From assembly GCF_000002075.1 (NCBI RefSeq), contig NW_004797349.1, forward strand, positions 1,646,776-1,710,775: 64,000 nucleotides of DNA, read 5' to 3'. How positions within the stretch are numbered: position 1 is the first letter of the stretch; each line of letters starts with the position of its first letter. Shown here piece after piece: positions 22,201-35,304 of the stretch. The notes under the pieces were generated by a model that was given only the letters and a program-made list of their open reading frames with translations, was not told where the DNA came from and did no database searches. The translations under genes and the position numbers were made by a program. Source of the stretch: Aplysia californica. Its lineage: Eukaryota.

Positions 22201-25200
22201 TGCCGACACGCAACCGTGTGTCCTCGTTGTGTCCTCTGTCTTGCATCTCCTCACTTACAAACTACACACTCTTACACCCAAAAATAGTTAGGTTACGACC
22301 AAAAATACACGTTTTGGCTGAAACGGGGAAAGTACCGTGTTCCCATGGCTACCCAGCCATGTGAACATTCAAGGAAACAAGCAAGTGGACCTCTTGGCAA
22401 AAGAATCCTTGTTCCACAGACTGACTTACTTGACTTACTCACATGATGTACACTCACACATACACACACACGTACATACACCCACACACTTACTCTCACA
22501 CACACAGATACACACACGTACACAGTGGACAATGAGCCAGTCACAGGGTCGGGATAGTCCAAGGGGTGACCACCGACTGTATTGTGGGAGAGGGGAAAGG
22601 TGGGCAGAAGGGAGGGGCAGGGCGGGGAGAAGTGGAGAGATAGGAGGGGGGAGAAAAAAGTGGACCAGCTGTATAAGACATAATAAGACTACCACCTGCC
22701 GTACAAATGCCATTTCCCCAGTTCTTCCCTTGTGGGGTTTTTTTTTTTTTTTTGCGGGGTGGGTAAGGGGGGTTAAAAGGGGAGGGGAGGAAAAAATGTG
22801 TCCAGTCTTGAATTTAATGGGGATCTCAGGGAAAGATATTGAGAGAATGAATAAAATATGAGGATGGAGTGCGAGAGGGACACGAAGGAGGGGATGAGAG
22901 AGAGGTGGAAGTCAAAGTCTTATTATGTCTTCCAACATCTTGCCAGCACACCACATCACTTAACTGCTCGTAGTTGCAGGCGAGTGTCATCGGTTTGAAG
23001 ACTGACACAGCGCGAGCTATCACAGCATTAACTGCCATATCGTCACCCCCACCCTATACCCCCCAGACTGCTTTGTAGCTGTCTACATATAAAAAAATGG
23101 ATTCAACTTTATAATACTGACCTCTCAACTGCTTCAACTTCATTTTGACTTTATAGAAGACGAAAGAGTTTTACAAAGAAGTGCCTTGTAATCTATCAGA
23201 TCTAGTCTAGTCAACTTGAACACTGTCAAGTGCCAGTGAAAACTGCGCGCTTCCACTTCGCAAAATCACCGCTATTTTTATAATCAATAATCATGATCAG
23301 GTGATGAGGCGGCTGGCATCCCCCTTGTGAGGTCAACCAAGATGGCTGTTACTATAAATATCTGCCAATGGCATACTCCTAATGTTCTTTAACTATCCGC
23401 TTGTTGAGTTGAGTCTCCTAACACTACTTAACTAGATCTAACAGTTGACAAAGTTGTCCGAAGGTCAATTTAGAGAGAGAAAGGTAGACTGTTTGGTATT
23501 CCTATACTTTCCCTCCCATCTCATGCCCACTTTCTACTACGGAGTGTATACGTACACGGTGACCGGGCACGTAGATCTTATCTCCGAATCTACATACACG
23601 GTAACCGGAAGGTCCACCTTCATTCTACACAGAAGTATCGTGTTATGCAACTCGCTTTCATTTGAGCTAGATGCACAGCTGCTCCATCTGACCCCGCCCC
23701 ATGGTCGAGGTTAAAGATGACCTTCAAAATTAGGCATTAGTAAGCCTATTTTTTACTACTTAAACATTCCTCGTACGGTAGAACAAGACTATAGCGGCAC
23801 CCACTACAGCGGGACTTTACCAGAATCCCTCTTTTTCCTATGAAAACTCAAATACTTATGCTTGGGTTTAGCGGGGAAAGGAAAGTCCCGAACTTGGATA
23901 GGCTACAGCTGGAGAGATTGAGCGAGCTCTAGCTGGGAGAAGGGGGTTGGAGGATGGGGGGCTGTAGCAGGCGGGCTCCAAACAGAAAGTCAGCAGTGCG
24001 GCGTTGTGATTGGTCGTCCAGTGATGAGTGAGGTGGGGCATGTGGCTGGTAGAGGTGGTGCGGAGAGATGCACATGTGAGGGGGGGTGCGGGAGGCTCTG
24101 ATCGTGGCGCTATACGCGAGACGCACAGCCAACGGTTCTCGACACCCAGTGCCAGGAAAGGACTGGCAGTGGGTTTCGCTGGTACCGCTGCCAACACTAA
24201 TTCCTATTGCGGGAACTTGCAGACAGAGGGATTTATTTTTCTTCTAGAACCTGAAGTCCCGCTATAGCCATGTTCTACTGCATGACAACTGTTCGTTATA
24301 TCCCAACAAGTATGTGTATGAATAGATCTAAATAAATGGACTTTCCACTTATGGTATATTTGCAACTTTTTTAATTTACAATTTACATGCATTTTTCTTT
24401 GAGCATATTTAAGCACACTAGACCTAATGCATAAATGATTAAATGGATGGGGTTAGGGTGGAGAAGTTTCTAATTAGAATTGTTTTCAATCTATATGGAA
24501 TACATTTATATATAGCTGTGCTGTGCCATCTTGTTATTTTTGGGATCCAGATAAAAAATAACAATGGGAAACAGGCCATAGATGGTCTCATTGTGCTTAC
24601 TGCTTACATTCCGCTCAGAACACACAAAAAGCGTGGGGAGGGAATGACAGACGTCAAGGTCATGAAGGGAGCAAAGCAGTTACCGTGCTCCTAGCTCAAG
24701 GGGCCCGTGCAACTAAGTACCCGGTTACCGTGATTGAGTTATATTTATGCAACATTGTTACACTCTTTTAACTAACTTAGAAGCCGAGTCCAAATAAAAC
24801 ATTTTTTTCTGACCTGAGTCCGAATAGATAAAATCCATTTTCGGAATTGAGTCCGAATAGAGGTGGCCATTAAAATTACTAATTTAGTTTTAGTACCCAT
24901 GTTATGTTTGACTAACTATGAGTCATAGCTTCTCTTGTGTCGACGACTTTTACTCTTTGCTTTCCCTAAAGTTTTGAGTTAAAAAACATAGCATGAATCA
25001 CAATTTTGTGTTTTGCCTTTCTTCAGGTCATTGACGTAGCATTTGATGCAAGGCCACCATCAGACTCTGACTTCCATGGCGTCAAGCGTCTTTTGCAACA
25101 GGTTTGAGATAAAAACATATCAAATATACACATATAGTATAGATATATACGTATTATTACATAGGCCTACACATTTACTGTAACTGGTGTTTTTGCTGTT

Positions 25201-25241
25201 AGGGTGACATTAGTCTCGGCTTAGAAAGCACACAATCTATC

Positions 25242-25303
<62 letters not shown>

Positions 25304-28300
25304 CCTCCCTCCCCCCCTCTCTCCCTCTCTCTTCTGGCACTGTGGCGTCATAAGCGGTCAGACAGCAACTCAAAACTCGCTTGGGGGTCCTTGAAGAGTG
25401 CTGAACATGGGTCTTTGAAATGTCCCAGTAGACATGTTCTTGCATGAATGATAGTTAACGGGACATTTCAAGAACACGTGGTCCATAGTCTCATCCTCCT
25501 CCCCACAGGCTCGATGGGTGAAGAGCGCACCACTGTACAAAGGCACTCTCCACTCAAACAGTTCTATGTTTGTTTCTGACAGGATTACACCAAGGTGTGA
25601 ATTCGCACGTGCGTTTGTTTTTCCCAAACATGACACTCGCGTCTGAGTTCTCCATGTAAACTTACATCACATGCTGGGTGGGTATGCCCTACAAGTTCAC
25701 TCCATGCGTGATTACATCGAACAGTGAACTCTTCCCTGACCACAGCAACAGTTGTCTCTACTCCCGAATTTGCGAGACAGACTGAATTTTAATTAGTGTG
25801 GTCACAACTCAATAGTGCATAACGACAAAGTCGGGGAACTCAGTCAGAGATGGAAAGCTATAATATTCAGACTGGCAATGGGATAAGTGTATGAGACTCA
25901 CGATAGAATAATAAGTGAAAATGGCATGCCCCGTGCTGCTGAGATTGGTCATCAAGGTTGACTACTCTTTGTTCGCCATAAATCATAAACCCACCCAGGG
26001 GTCACCTCAGTTTATTTTAGAGTAAAGGGTTTATCGGTTGTGGGCCTGAACATGGGTCACTATGGATTCTTCCCTTGGCACGTCAGTTAAGATCCCGCAT
26101 TATCCTTGCTCCCTAGCACCGGAATCTTAGGCAGAGACTAGACTACTGTATAAGTGCACATCATTACAGAGAGTATGTCCTACTTTGTAGACGTAACCGT
26201 AGTACCTATTACAGGTGAAAGCTATGGCCACCCCAAAAGAGGTAAGAAGAAAATGAGATGGTTGCATTCTTCCCCCCACACACACACACACACCCCCCCC
26301 CCCCCCTTCGGGTTCACTTTAACGCACGGTAAGGGGCCCTCCCGAGCAGGGTGCACTTAGGTGGAGGCTACTTCTTTTTTATATTGTGCTCAGTGGTAGC
26401 TTAGTCTCTGTGGTTCAGAACCATGATAAGACTGAAATTGCAAATGTTGCAAGAAAGTCTACAGGCTCATTGATACAGCTTTTATTTTTGCAAGAGTTAA
26501 ATTTTTCTATCTTTCTAATTGTAAAAGTGTCGCCAAAGATTAAAAGATTAATGTAATATTGTAGATTGAAGATGAAAAAGTTTTTGGTCCAGTTATGCTT
26601 CAAAATTTTCCACTGTTCATCCCTTTTCTAGTGTTGATTTTTAATTCTTTGGGGGCTCAACTCGGCTCAACAATTATGAATGCTTCAAGACATAATAAAG
26701 TACTACTTTTATTGATTTATTTGTAACCGTCAGTATTGTAATCGTGAAACATGTTTCTATTGCCAAAAATCAGCATTTGAAGCTACTGCATGCAAAGATG
26801 ATATACACAGTACTCTATATGATTAAATCATTTACTACACAAAATACTTTTTCTGCAGCTCTTTGTGAAGCATATCAACGATGACCTGTCGGAGCTGGCA
26901 AATGTGATCATTGCTCAGGACTTTATTGGATCGGTTTTAAAGGTATTTTCTAAAAGTAGATCATTATGATGGTCACAATGTAGGCAGAGTTAGTTTTTAC
27001 TGTAGAGGAGTTCCAATGTTAAATTATTTATAAATATTTTTAAATCTTTGCAAATTTTTCCTTTGTCATGAGCAGTGGCATTATTAGTTGGAGTATCTGA
27101 TATTTTTAATGTTCTCAATAGCTTGTTCATTTTTGTGTGTACGTGTTCACACAAAAAATTCTCGCTCATTTTATTTTTTTAAATTTTAAATCATGATCCA
27201 TTAATAAAAACGTCTCTCTATTTGGGCCATATATTAAAAAGCCACCTTTTGGATGCTAACGCAGAATCACTAACATAATTATTTTATTGCAGCATAGCCT
27301 AAAAATTGCTCATTTTGAGACAGCACCCCGCTGTCCCCACATATAAGTGTAAGCTTGTAGATTTTATCCCACGATTGTCTAGACTTTTCTGCTCAAGTCA
27401 CAAAAAAATTAAAATACTCATCGGCATCGGCTGTTGGACCGTGTTTCATAAGCGTACATGAAAGTCTGATGTCGATGAAAATAGTCAACTTTTTCAAATG
27501 TTTTGGCATGTGCTGTATATTTCGAATAATTTTTTAACCCACTCCAAGCTAAAATCAAAGAAACTGTATCAGAAACTTAGTTTGCAGTGACCTTCATGAA
27601 TGGGCTGTTAGATTTTGTTGGTTTACCAACGACCAATTTGTAGACCCACATACAAAGATCTGAGAATATTATATAGAGCTATTCGGTTTTATCTTGTTTT
27701 AGTCGCAGTGAGACAAAAGTGAACAGGCAGTAATAAGAAACTGCGATAAATGCTCCTAAACTTTTCTGACTAATGCACGTTTTCTTTAATTTTTGGTTAC
27801 TTTATTTTTAAATTAGCATTGTTTCTGTGATAAGCTATGATTGAGATTTATAGTTGAGGGAGCTGTCTACTGACTTTTTCACCCTTCACGGAGAAAGAGG
27901 AACACTCAATATTGTGTGTGTGTGGGGAGGGGGGGGGGGGTTGTTTTGTTTTTTTAATTGTCTTTTAGAAAATCAGCCAAAAATCTGCATTATGTTTTAC
28001 GTTTGAAGTGAATATGTATTGATTCATTTGTATTATGTGCACTATGTCAACAGCAAGACTTTGGAACTGGCAGTGATGAAGACAGTGACGAAGAAAGTGA
28101 TGACGATGACAGAGATAATGTTTTTGCTATCAATACTGTGGTCAATATTTCAGAAAATCAGGTATGAGGTCTTTTTCATCTGCAAGAAGTTCACATGTTA
28201 TCAATAAAGCAGTGTTAGATATCAATATAACTATATACCAGCACTTTTTCAACTTCAGTTTCTTCTTAAGCTGGTTTATGTCTATGAGGTTATTGAGAAA

Positions 28301-31300
28301 TGGAATGGGCTGATACCATTCTTGTCATGTATGTTCAGCCCACTCTTTACGTTGTCAGTACAATTAACACCTCCCCTGTGTGCTATGAATCTAAATGTTG
28401 TGGCAAAAGAAAGGTTACAGCAGTAGCATAATTTCAAAAGTAAGAGTAGCATGTAATTTTTATCGAGAGTAGGTTAATTTACATACCTTAGAATAAACCT
28501 ATTCAAGAGTCGGCCACTGTGGAGGACTCTCTGGCTTATAATGTTGGTGAGGCAGGCCCCCGTTACGAAAACATTTCGTCCATGAAACCACTAGAGCAGG
28601 GTAGACAAGAGTGCATTTTTAAATTGTACAGCCTACACTTTGTGCCCTGCTTTCTTATTCCTGACAGGTATTTGATAACTAAAACACACTTTTTTTCATC
28701 TTTTTAGAGCTTGTCCTGCATTGAGAAAATCAATGAATTCTTGACATCAAAATGTGAAGAAGCATATAAGGGAGAGCCTGGTCTCATGAGGAAATTGTTG
28801 GGAGATCCATCGAAACAAGTTGGTTTGCTGATCAGCGAGAGGTTTATCAACATACCGCCACAGGTGGCCCTTCCATCATATGAATCTTTGAAGTGAGTCA
28901 TGACTTCTCTCTTTCTCCTCTATGCATGTTAAAATAGACAACCTTTAAAACCAAAGAAAATAACAAAGGGCTCAGTAGCGTAACAAGTCTGGTGTATGCC
29001 TGTCAACCTGAATATTGGGAGTTAGATTCCCGCTAGTGTATGGGGGGGGGGGGGGGGGTCAAGTTTCTACACCCCCAAATCTTATGGTAGGCAGGATTGA
29101 GAACCTAGCCTCTCAAATATGGAAGGAAAATTACTTAGCTCCCATGTTGAAGTTTTTCACGTAAAACATTCTTTGACAGTTCTAAAAGTTACCTCTGTTT
29201 GGGTAAAATTAGTTTTTGCATTTTACCAGAATTTATAGGTTAGGACAAGCAAGTTCAAGTGAGTGATGTAGGACTCCTTAGACTGATTTTTTTTTTTTTT
29301 TTTTTAAATAATAATTTAAAGTCTGATGTTTTAGTATGCATAAACCAAAAAGTAATGGTTGTATTCCTGTGATCTTGTTGTAAAAGGGATTGTAAATTCC
29401 TTCCTTCTTACAAGTTGTGTTAGTGGCTTAGTATTTCCTGTCTATAATGGAAACAATAAGGACAATAAGATATGAAATGTTAGTGATGATGACTGCAATA
29501 TGCCCAATACTGACAGATGGCAGCAATTAAAGGTTTAGAAACTTCCTGTTAGACAGAAAAATTAATAGGATAATTCAAGAGAATGTATTCAAAAGAGCTT
29601 CACAGTATAGATGTTTTACATAGATATATTCATATATATATATGCCTGACACATTTTCAGTCATGAATCTCCGATTTTTTTTTCTTCAGATTTTTGTTTG
29701 AATATATATTGGTACAGTGCTTTTGATTATAATAAATGTTTCTTTATTTCAGGGCAGACATTGAAAAGGCAGTAAGGAAGAAGAAAAAATTTGACTTCAC
29801 ACACCTGGTCTTAATTAGCAAAACCTACAGAAGTAAAGAAGGAGGGGCCATGGGGGCTGAGGTTTTCTACTCCAATCCAGAAGAGCAGCTGTTTTGTGAT
29901 GTAAGATTTTTCAAACTTAATTGATTACATTATCTGTACTGAAGATATTGTTGTTTAAATTCATTCCCTTTTATTTAAAGTTTTATGCATAGGCAACTTA
30001 AATGTTATTCACTTCCTCATATCAATCTTGTGGTACAAAGATTGCTTTAAATAGAAAGTAGTTTTATGTACCAATGGAATTGAATACTGGTACAGTGTGT
30101 GGCCTACATTTGTAATGAGTGGGAATAAGGAGAACTCGAGATTATCAAGACACTTCTCAACTCCAGGTTTTCCCTCTTTATTCACCTCTATACACAGTGT
30201 GCTAGAATGATAAGGCTCGCTATAAAAATGTTGGTAATAGTGAGAGAATCGTAACTCATCTGCAATGGAAAAATAGATAATGAATACACGGTGCCCCCAC
30301 CATCAAACCATTCAACTTGAGTCAGTTTGTTGGCGTAAGAAAATTGAGGCATTAGTGTTCCATAAGCATCCCATCCTGTTTGACCTTCCTCCATTCTGCA
30401 ATCTACCTCATTTTACAATTTATCCATTCCGTTCAACTGGCACAATTCTGCGCCAGGCCTGAGAAGTGCTTTGCAGTTACTCTCCTTTTCTGGGTGACCA
30501 GATGTTGTTGTTTTTTGTACCACTGGCTGTGTGACCGCAAAGTGTTAAACAAGACTAGTTTGATTTAGAAGGGCTTGATTTTTTATTGTCTTCCTTCATT
30601 AGACAATTTTAGTGTCTGATAAGTTACAGGTTTAATTATCATCATCAATGCCTTTCACCCCTGGCAGGGTATACATTTATCTCTGTCCTGGGCCATCCTT
30701 CCAAGCTCATTCCAAGTGAGCTTCATCACTCTCATGTCCCTTTCCACGCATCTCCTCCATGTTTCCTGTGACCTACCCCTGCCTCGTGCTCCCTGTGGGT
30801 TCCGCTGCTGCGACTGTCTTGTGATGTTTTCGATGGGTTTTCTCAAGGTGTGTCCAATCCATCGCCACTTTCTTAGTCCTATTTCTACCTCTATATCCTT
30901 TTGTCCTGTCCTTTCCCACAGCTCTTCATTTCTTATTCTATCCTGCCACTTCATTCTTAGAATACTCCTCATTCATCTGTTGATGAAAGTCTGGACTTTA
31001 TTAAGTACAGTGGAAACCTGATATAACAGGGATGGTGGGAGTAGATAAAAAGTCCTGTTATATCCAATCCCTGTTAAATCAGAAATGCAAGGAAAGTAAG
31101 CATTTGTGGACTAATCCAGCTGTACTTATTCATGGGTAGTTGTCCTTGCCACAAGTACCCACGAACAGGGGTTTTGGCACTCACTTTCCCCTTGCCTCCT
31201 TAAACCACATCAGAAGAGCTTGGTCCACAGCATCTGCATCGGGTAGTCTTGTCTTCTTTCGATCCAGATCTTCTCTCTATCCTTGATAATGGTGTGAATC

Positions 31301-31934
31301 GACCCTTGTGGAATGTCGAACTGATGACAAATCTCTGCCGGTGGAGCTTGCTTTTTATCAACAGCCTGGACTATTTCAATTTTTTTGTCAATTGAAAGGC
31401 ATTTTCTCTTACGATTGACATCGTTGGTGACACATAACGGGGATTTTTTAAATCCCTGTTATTACCGGATCCCTGTTATTACCGGGCCTGTTATATATGG
31501 TTTCCCCTGTACTGTCTTTGTTGTCTTCCAAGTTTCGCAGCTGTAGAGGAGCACAGACTTGACGTTGGAATTTAAAAGTCGAATAATGGTGCGCGGTGAG
31601 ATGTTGCTTGCTTTCCAGACTTTAGATAATTTAATGGGTTTAATACCTAATACTTTATCAAGGGAGAAGCCCTGGGGTTTCACTTTAGATTTTGCCACCC
31701 TTAAAAGTTTTACTTCTCAACAGGTACCGTATTCAATATCTTTTTCTTTTCATTGTTTTTCAGATGAGTGAGTTCAACTTCACTTTTTCTGTAGCAGAGC
31801 AGAGGGATTCAATATCAGACGGACAGTGGGATGATGAAGGAGATATGGAAGCATTGCGGACTGTTATGGTCTTTGATGCCAGTTCCCTGGGTCATTTGAT
31901 TGACAAACTGCGCCAAGAAATTCCTGCTAAATGA
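19202..31934 (+). CDS. BCCIP: BRCA2 and CDKN1A-interacting protein homolog, spliced CDS, about 287 aa
   Basis: Exons 19202-19294, 25027-25101, 26859-26942, 28054-28161, 28708-28892, 29753-29900, 31764-31934 (864 nt), all GT-AG and in phase. Motifs: acidic N-terminus, DSDFHGVKRLLQQLF, IGSVLK, VGLLISERFINIPPQVALP, LISKTY, YSNPEEQLF. Confidence 0.93.
20226..22420 (+). mobile_element. I/Nimb-clade LINE remnant: 5' UTR, ORF1 and RNase H fragment
   Basis: Frameshifted ORF1 ending VRPYMLKPPRCFKCQKFGHSQS*CRHATVCPRC (gag-like zinc knuckles), then WLPSHVNIQGNKQVDLLAKE (RNase H motif). Confidence 0.85.
20866..21751. mobile_element. MITE (hAT/P-like) with 7-bp TSD inside LINE ORF1
   Basis: Perfect 14-bp TIR CAGACCTGCCACTC / GAGTGGCAGGTCTG, TSD CACTACG, subterminal CCYGATTTT repeats; removing it restores the ORF1 frame (GDALR|EVLG). 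Confidence 0.9.
23776..24280. mobile_element. pogo/Tigger-like MITE
   Basis: TIRs CGGTAGAACAAGACTATAGCGG / CCGCTATAGCCATGTTCTACTG, flanks TA and CA. Confidence 0.65.
25027..25101 (+). CDS. BCCIP: BCCIP exon 2
   Basis: VIDVAFDARPPSDSDFHGVKRLLQQ, flanked by cag| and |gt. Confidence 0.92.
25240..25660 (-). mobile_element. LINE ORF2 C-terminal fragment next to a (GA)n tract
   Basis: RACGEEDETMDHVFLKCP C-terminal zinc-knuckle motif typical of I-group/L1 ORF2, followed by about 60 nt of GA repeat. Confidence 0.6.
26859..26942 (+). CDS. BCCIP: BCCIP exon 3
   Basis: LFVKHINDDLSELANVIIAQDFIGSVLK. Confidence 0.92.
28054..28161 (+). CDS. BCCIP: BCCIP exon 4
   Basis: QDFGTGSDEDSDEESDDDDRDNVFAINTVVNISENQ. 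Confidence 0.9.
28708..28892 (+). CDS. BCCIP: BCCIP exon 5
   Basis: SLSCIEK...VGLLISERFINIPPQVALPSYESL. Confidence 0.93.
29753..29900 (+). CDS. BCCIP: BCCIP exon 6
   Basis: ADIEKAVRKKKKFDFTHLVLISKTY...NPEEQLFCD. Confidence 0.92.
30636..31630 (-). mobile_element. RTE-clade LINE 3' fragment split by a Tigger derivative
   Basis: SVLLYSCETWKTT...RSILRMKWQDRIRNEELW...KWRWIGHTLRK...PQGARGRGRSQETWRR, with (GAT)n tail. Confidence 0.88.
31008..31509 (-). mobile_element. Internally deleted pogo/Tigger transposon
   Basis: TIRs CAGTGGAAACCTGATATAACAGG / CCTGTTATATATGGTTTCCCCTG, TA TSD; keeps the CENP-B-type HTH fragment RKRKCLSIDKKIEIVQAV...IPQGSIHTIIKDREKI...VDQALLMWF. Confidence 0.85.
31764..31934 (+). 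CDS. BCCIP: BCCIP exon 7 (terminal)
   Basis: ttttcag|ATG...GQWDDEGDMEALRTVMVFD...TGA. Confidence 0.92.
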   Translation: MSEFNFTFSVAEQRDSISDGQWDDEGDMEALRTVMVFDASSLGHLIDKLRQEIPAK

Positions 31935-32859
31935 TAAAGCATTTTATTTTTAAATGATGTTGAAATTGATAGATTGATATTGAGTTCTCAGAGGTTTTTT
32001 TTTTTTTTAAAGCTCTGAGCAGTATGAGATGTTATTGTGCTGCTCCTGAGTATAGTGAGAAGCCTTTTTTTTACTTTTATGAGCTTCAACCTAAAGGCAA
32101 AAGCTGATTGCTTGTAGTAACGGATTTCCATTGGGGAGAAACGTTTTTTATGTAATTTATTCTTAGAAAACTTTTTGTCTAAGTTCTCCTTCTTCCTCTA
32201 CATTTGACTTTGTCATTAAAAACTTCATTCTTACAGTTTGTGCCTCACTCACTGCTTGTTATATTGTTTTGCCTCTTTTTTTTCTTTTTTTTTTTAGGTA
32301 GTGGTCAGTTAGGTTAGAGTTTATGAAAGCCTATAGTATCGAGTTATATAACTTAAATGCTGGCTTTTTACGTCAATTATTAAGTCCTGGACGAAAAATA
32401 ATGGTGCTCTGTCGCAGTGTCAAGTTTGGGGGAGTTTCTACCTGACAGTTCGTTATTCTTTTCCACAGTGGACAGGGAAGTAACTGTCTCTGTGGCCTTT
32501 TTTCCTGCAAAGCCCATCAAGCTTAATGTTGGTAATAATTTTTAAGTGTCCCTTGGCGTGTTATTTGTGAGGTTGAAACTTATCATGACAGTAACCAGTA
32601 TTTTTCTGAACATATTTTTGTCATGTAGTAATTGCAACAGGAAGGCTAAGGGCATAGGACTTAGTGAAATTGGACAACTGGTATTGGAACTCCTTGTACT
32701 ATATAGTCCTGTATAATGTGTGGAGACTGTCAGATCTAAGCAGTTATTATGAAGTTAAGTTCCATGCACATAATTATAATAGGCCTGTGTTTTAAAGATT
32801 GTGGTTTTATTTTAAACATCCTCTGAGTGCATATTTTTATGCAAATGGTCTAAAGGTGA

Positions 32860-32865
32860 AATAAA
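32860..32865 (+). terminator. Candidate BCCIP polyadenylation signal
   Basis: AATAAA followed about 20 nt later by a U/GU-rich tract (ttttttggttgttgttgctttg). Confidence 0.55.
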
Positions 32866-33499
32866 AATATAAAAACTTGAATTTTTTGGTTGTTGTTGCT
32901 TTGTCCTAATGCATGTTTTGTTGTTTTCGTCTCCAAAGTTATAATCGTCACTTGGTTTTGAAGTTACTCCTGACTTTACCTTGCGCTTTCCCTGAAAGTA
33001 AAAGTGAATCAGTTAGGAGAAAATATTTGACCCTTGTTCACCTTTAACCCTCTTAGCAACATAAATAGGTCAGCAGGTCTGCACAGCAGAACCAAAATGA
33101 CAGCCTGCTATTGACTTCCCAGAATTGAATTATTTCTGTGTTTTTCTGAGGTTCAGGAGGTGTACAAAGAAATTGTTTTTGTTTTGATCTAAACAACATA
33201 TTTCAGTGAAACTATACAACCTAGGACGTCAGCATCTAAATTTAGAGTGGAATGTTCTTATTTCAAAGCCTACACTCACCGCAGGTGTGTCAGGCCAATA
33301 AAAGCCTGTATGGCAACAAAGGATAAGATAAGATACATCTATATTGTCCAGATCCTGGCACATTGGTTTGGTGTTTCACCAAGAACACTCACACAAATAT
33401 GTGAGTGTGTGTGACGTAAAGGCCGATGTGGCTCAAAAAGAGTTAAATATAAATGGACAACTCAGTCTAGTGCGAAAGCTGCTGTTTGCCTCAGATCCT

Positions 33500-33850
33500 C
33501 CTTTCCTCAATAGAGTTTTGGGCCTCTTTGCCTAGAGTTGAGCCAATGTTTCTTTCTAATTCTAAGTGCCTCATGCATTGCGCAGACTTGCACTTGCAAA
33601 AGAGATAGGTCCCTGTTCGGTTGCTGGTTGTGGACTGACACTGCTCTGAATTTCCGATCTTGAACTTCGTATGGTGGTGGTGGCTCAGTCCATTGTGTCC
33701 TGTTCTAATACCGGGTGCCCATTGTGGATGGGGGTCAGGTCGTTCGCCGGACTCGTCACCTGAAAATGAGCGTGTTTCTTTTTTAAGCGATGAGTCGGGG
33801 GCGATCGGCTTGTGCCTCGATAATCGCTTTGCGCCCTCAATCTGGCTAGC
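33500..33850 (-). mobile_element. I-group LINE ORF2 C-terminal fragment
   Basis: IRTGHNGLSHHHHTKFKIGNSEQC resembles the LRTGH...zinc-knuckle end of RNase H-bearing LINE ORF2. Confidence 0.6.
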
Positions 33851-34840
33851 AGACCGACCCGATCCCTCAACGGGCACCATGTAGGCTATAACTTAATAAA
33901 TATGAACGGGACATCCTGCTCTTGATGGGTGAGGTGGTGCAATGTAGTTGGGGTCTGGAAAGATGTGAAGTTTTGACCTCTGCTTGTCGACCAGACAAGC
34001 GACCCTTGATCCCATCAGCTGGGTCTCAGAAACCCCCTAAATCCCCCTGTCTACTAAGACGGAATTTTTTTTCTGGCTCCCTTGTGATTTCGATCGCGGC
34101 ACAAAACCTTGTCCACCATCAGCCATCAGTGTATAATCGTAATGTCAACCCGGCACAGTTATAAGTTATACGAGCTATACTGTCTTGGACCACTAACAAC
34201 AACAACACTCCCTCCCTATTAACCACTGAAGGGAGGGAGGGGTGGGGGCGACAGAGAGAGAGAACAGAAAGAGAGAAACAAATAGTAATACACACGCGCG
34301 CGCGCAAAGAGAGAGGGATCGAGATTTTTAGTACGTCAACTCAACTTTCCGTTACTTGGTACCACGAGGACAGCTCAGAACAGAATACTGCCTTTGGGAT
34401 TCTGAAACAAAGCTTACGACATGGCCAGCCCTGCGAATTTTAGTTCTTTTGAGCTAAGAAAACAGACATCGGGATTAAAATTATTTGCTTTGTTTTTCAT
34501 TTTGAGAACGTTGTAACTTTGGTACTGGTATGTGGTATGATGCCATTTGACTCACAAGAACTCTCATAAGGCATTTTGGAATGATTAAGCTTCTTGGCAT
34601 GGCTTTGGTACACTGGCCCTGATATCAGCACCGTACAGCAGAGTTGGGAGGACAACAGTATTGCAGAGATTCAGTTTTGTCTTTGTGTGAATGTGGGACA
34701 AAGTAAAGTAGACCTACTGAAGTTATCTACACCGCCCTAAGATTTAATCCGCTGTGTGCTTGTTGAAATGAATGAATAAACTTTTATATTATCAAAACGC
34801 GGAGCCTATCGGTTATAGAATTGGCCTACATATAACATTA

Positions 34841-35226
34841 CAGTGGAACGCCCTCCTATTCAACGAGCTCGGATTCAACGAAATGAGATGGATTCCCCAG
34901 GGGGTTTTTTCCTTTAAAATCAATTAAAAAAAATAACCCGGATTCAACGAACACTTAAATTAGCAAGCTCGGATTCAACGAGGTCGCTTCCAGATGGAAC
35001 AGTCCCCGCAGACGAGGCTTCGCTCATTTTTTTTATCCACAACGAACTTTTAGATTTATCTAGGCTATTCCCGGAAACCATCCATTGCACCTACATCGTG
35101 AACCATTATTCGCTTAGCCGATTGCGTGCCACCAATCAGCGGCCTTCTTTCATGCCGTTGTTGGCACGCGCACGTGTCTATTCTGGCGTGCGTCGGGGTC
35201 GGATGGGCGGCCTGCACACGTGTGAC
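34841..35226. mobile_element. pogo-like MITE, left part (same family as 58647-59435)
   Basis: TA|CAGTGGAAC start, repeated CGGATTCAACGA motifs, internal homology to 58720-58990; interrupted at 35227. Confidence 0.75.
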
Positions 35227-35304
35227 TAGAGGTGTGCGAGTCCAGCATATTAAGATTCGAGTCCACACTCGAGTATCTGCTCTGGACTCGAGTAATTACT
35301 CGAG

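Larger units (their letters stand above)
19322..23403. mobile_element. TIR element with CAAG termini (P-like?) acting as host for nested insertions
   Basis: About 72-bp imperfect inverted repeats CAAGCGGATAGTTA...GCCATCTTGGTTGAC (19322-19396) and GTCAACCAAGATGGC...TAACTATCCGCTTG (23332-23403); no clean TSD. Confidence 0.6.

Noticed and set aside
26310-26372. Twister-ribozyme-like spacing (TAA...TCCCGAGC...GGTGGAGG)
   Set aside because: Lacks the conserved GCC and the G-C closing pair of P4, and has no P1 pairing; an Rfam cmsearch would settle it.
29483-29515. C-box GTGATGA with a downstream CTGA in BCCIP intron 5 (similar cases near 1121 and 43490)
   Set aside because: No convincing terminal stem, second box pair or perfect rRNA antisense element; expected by chance.
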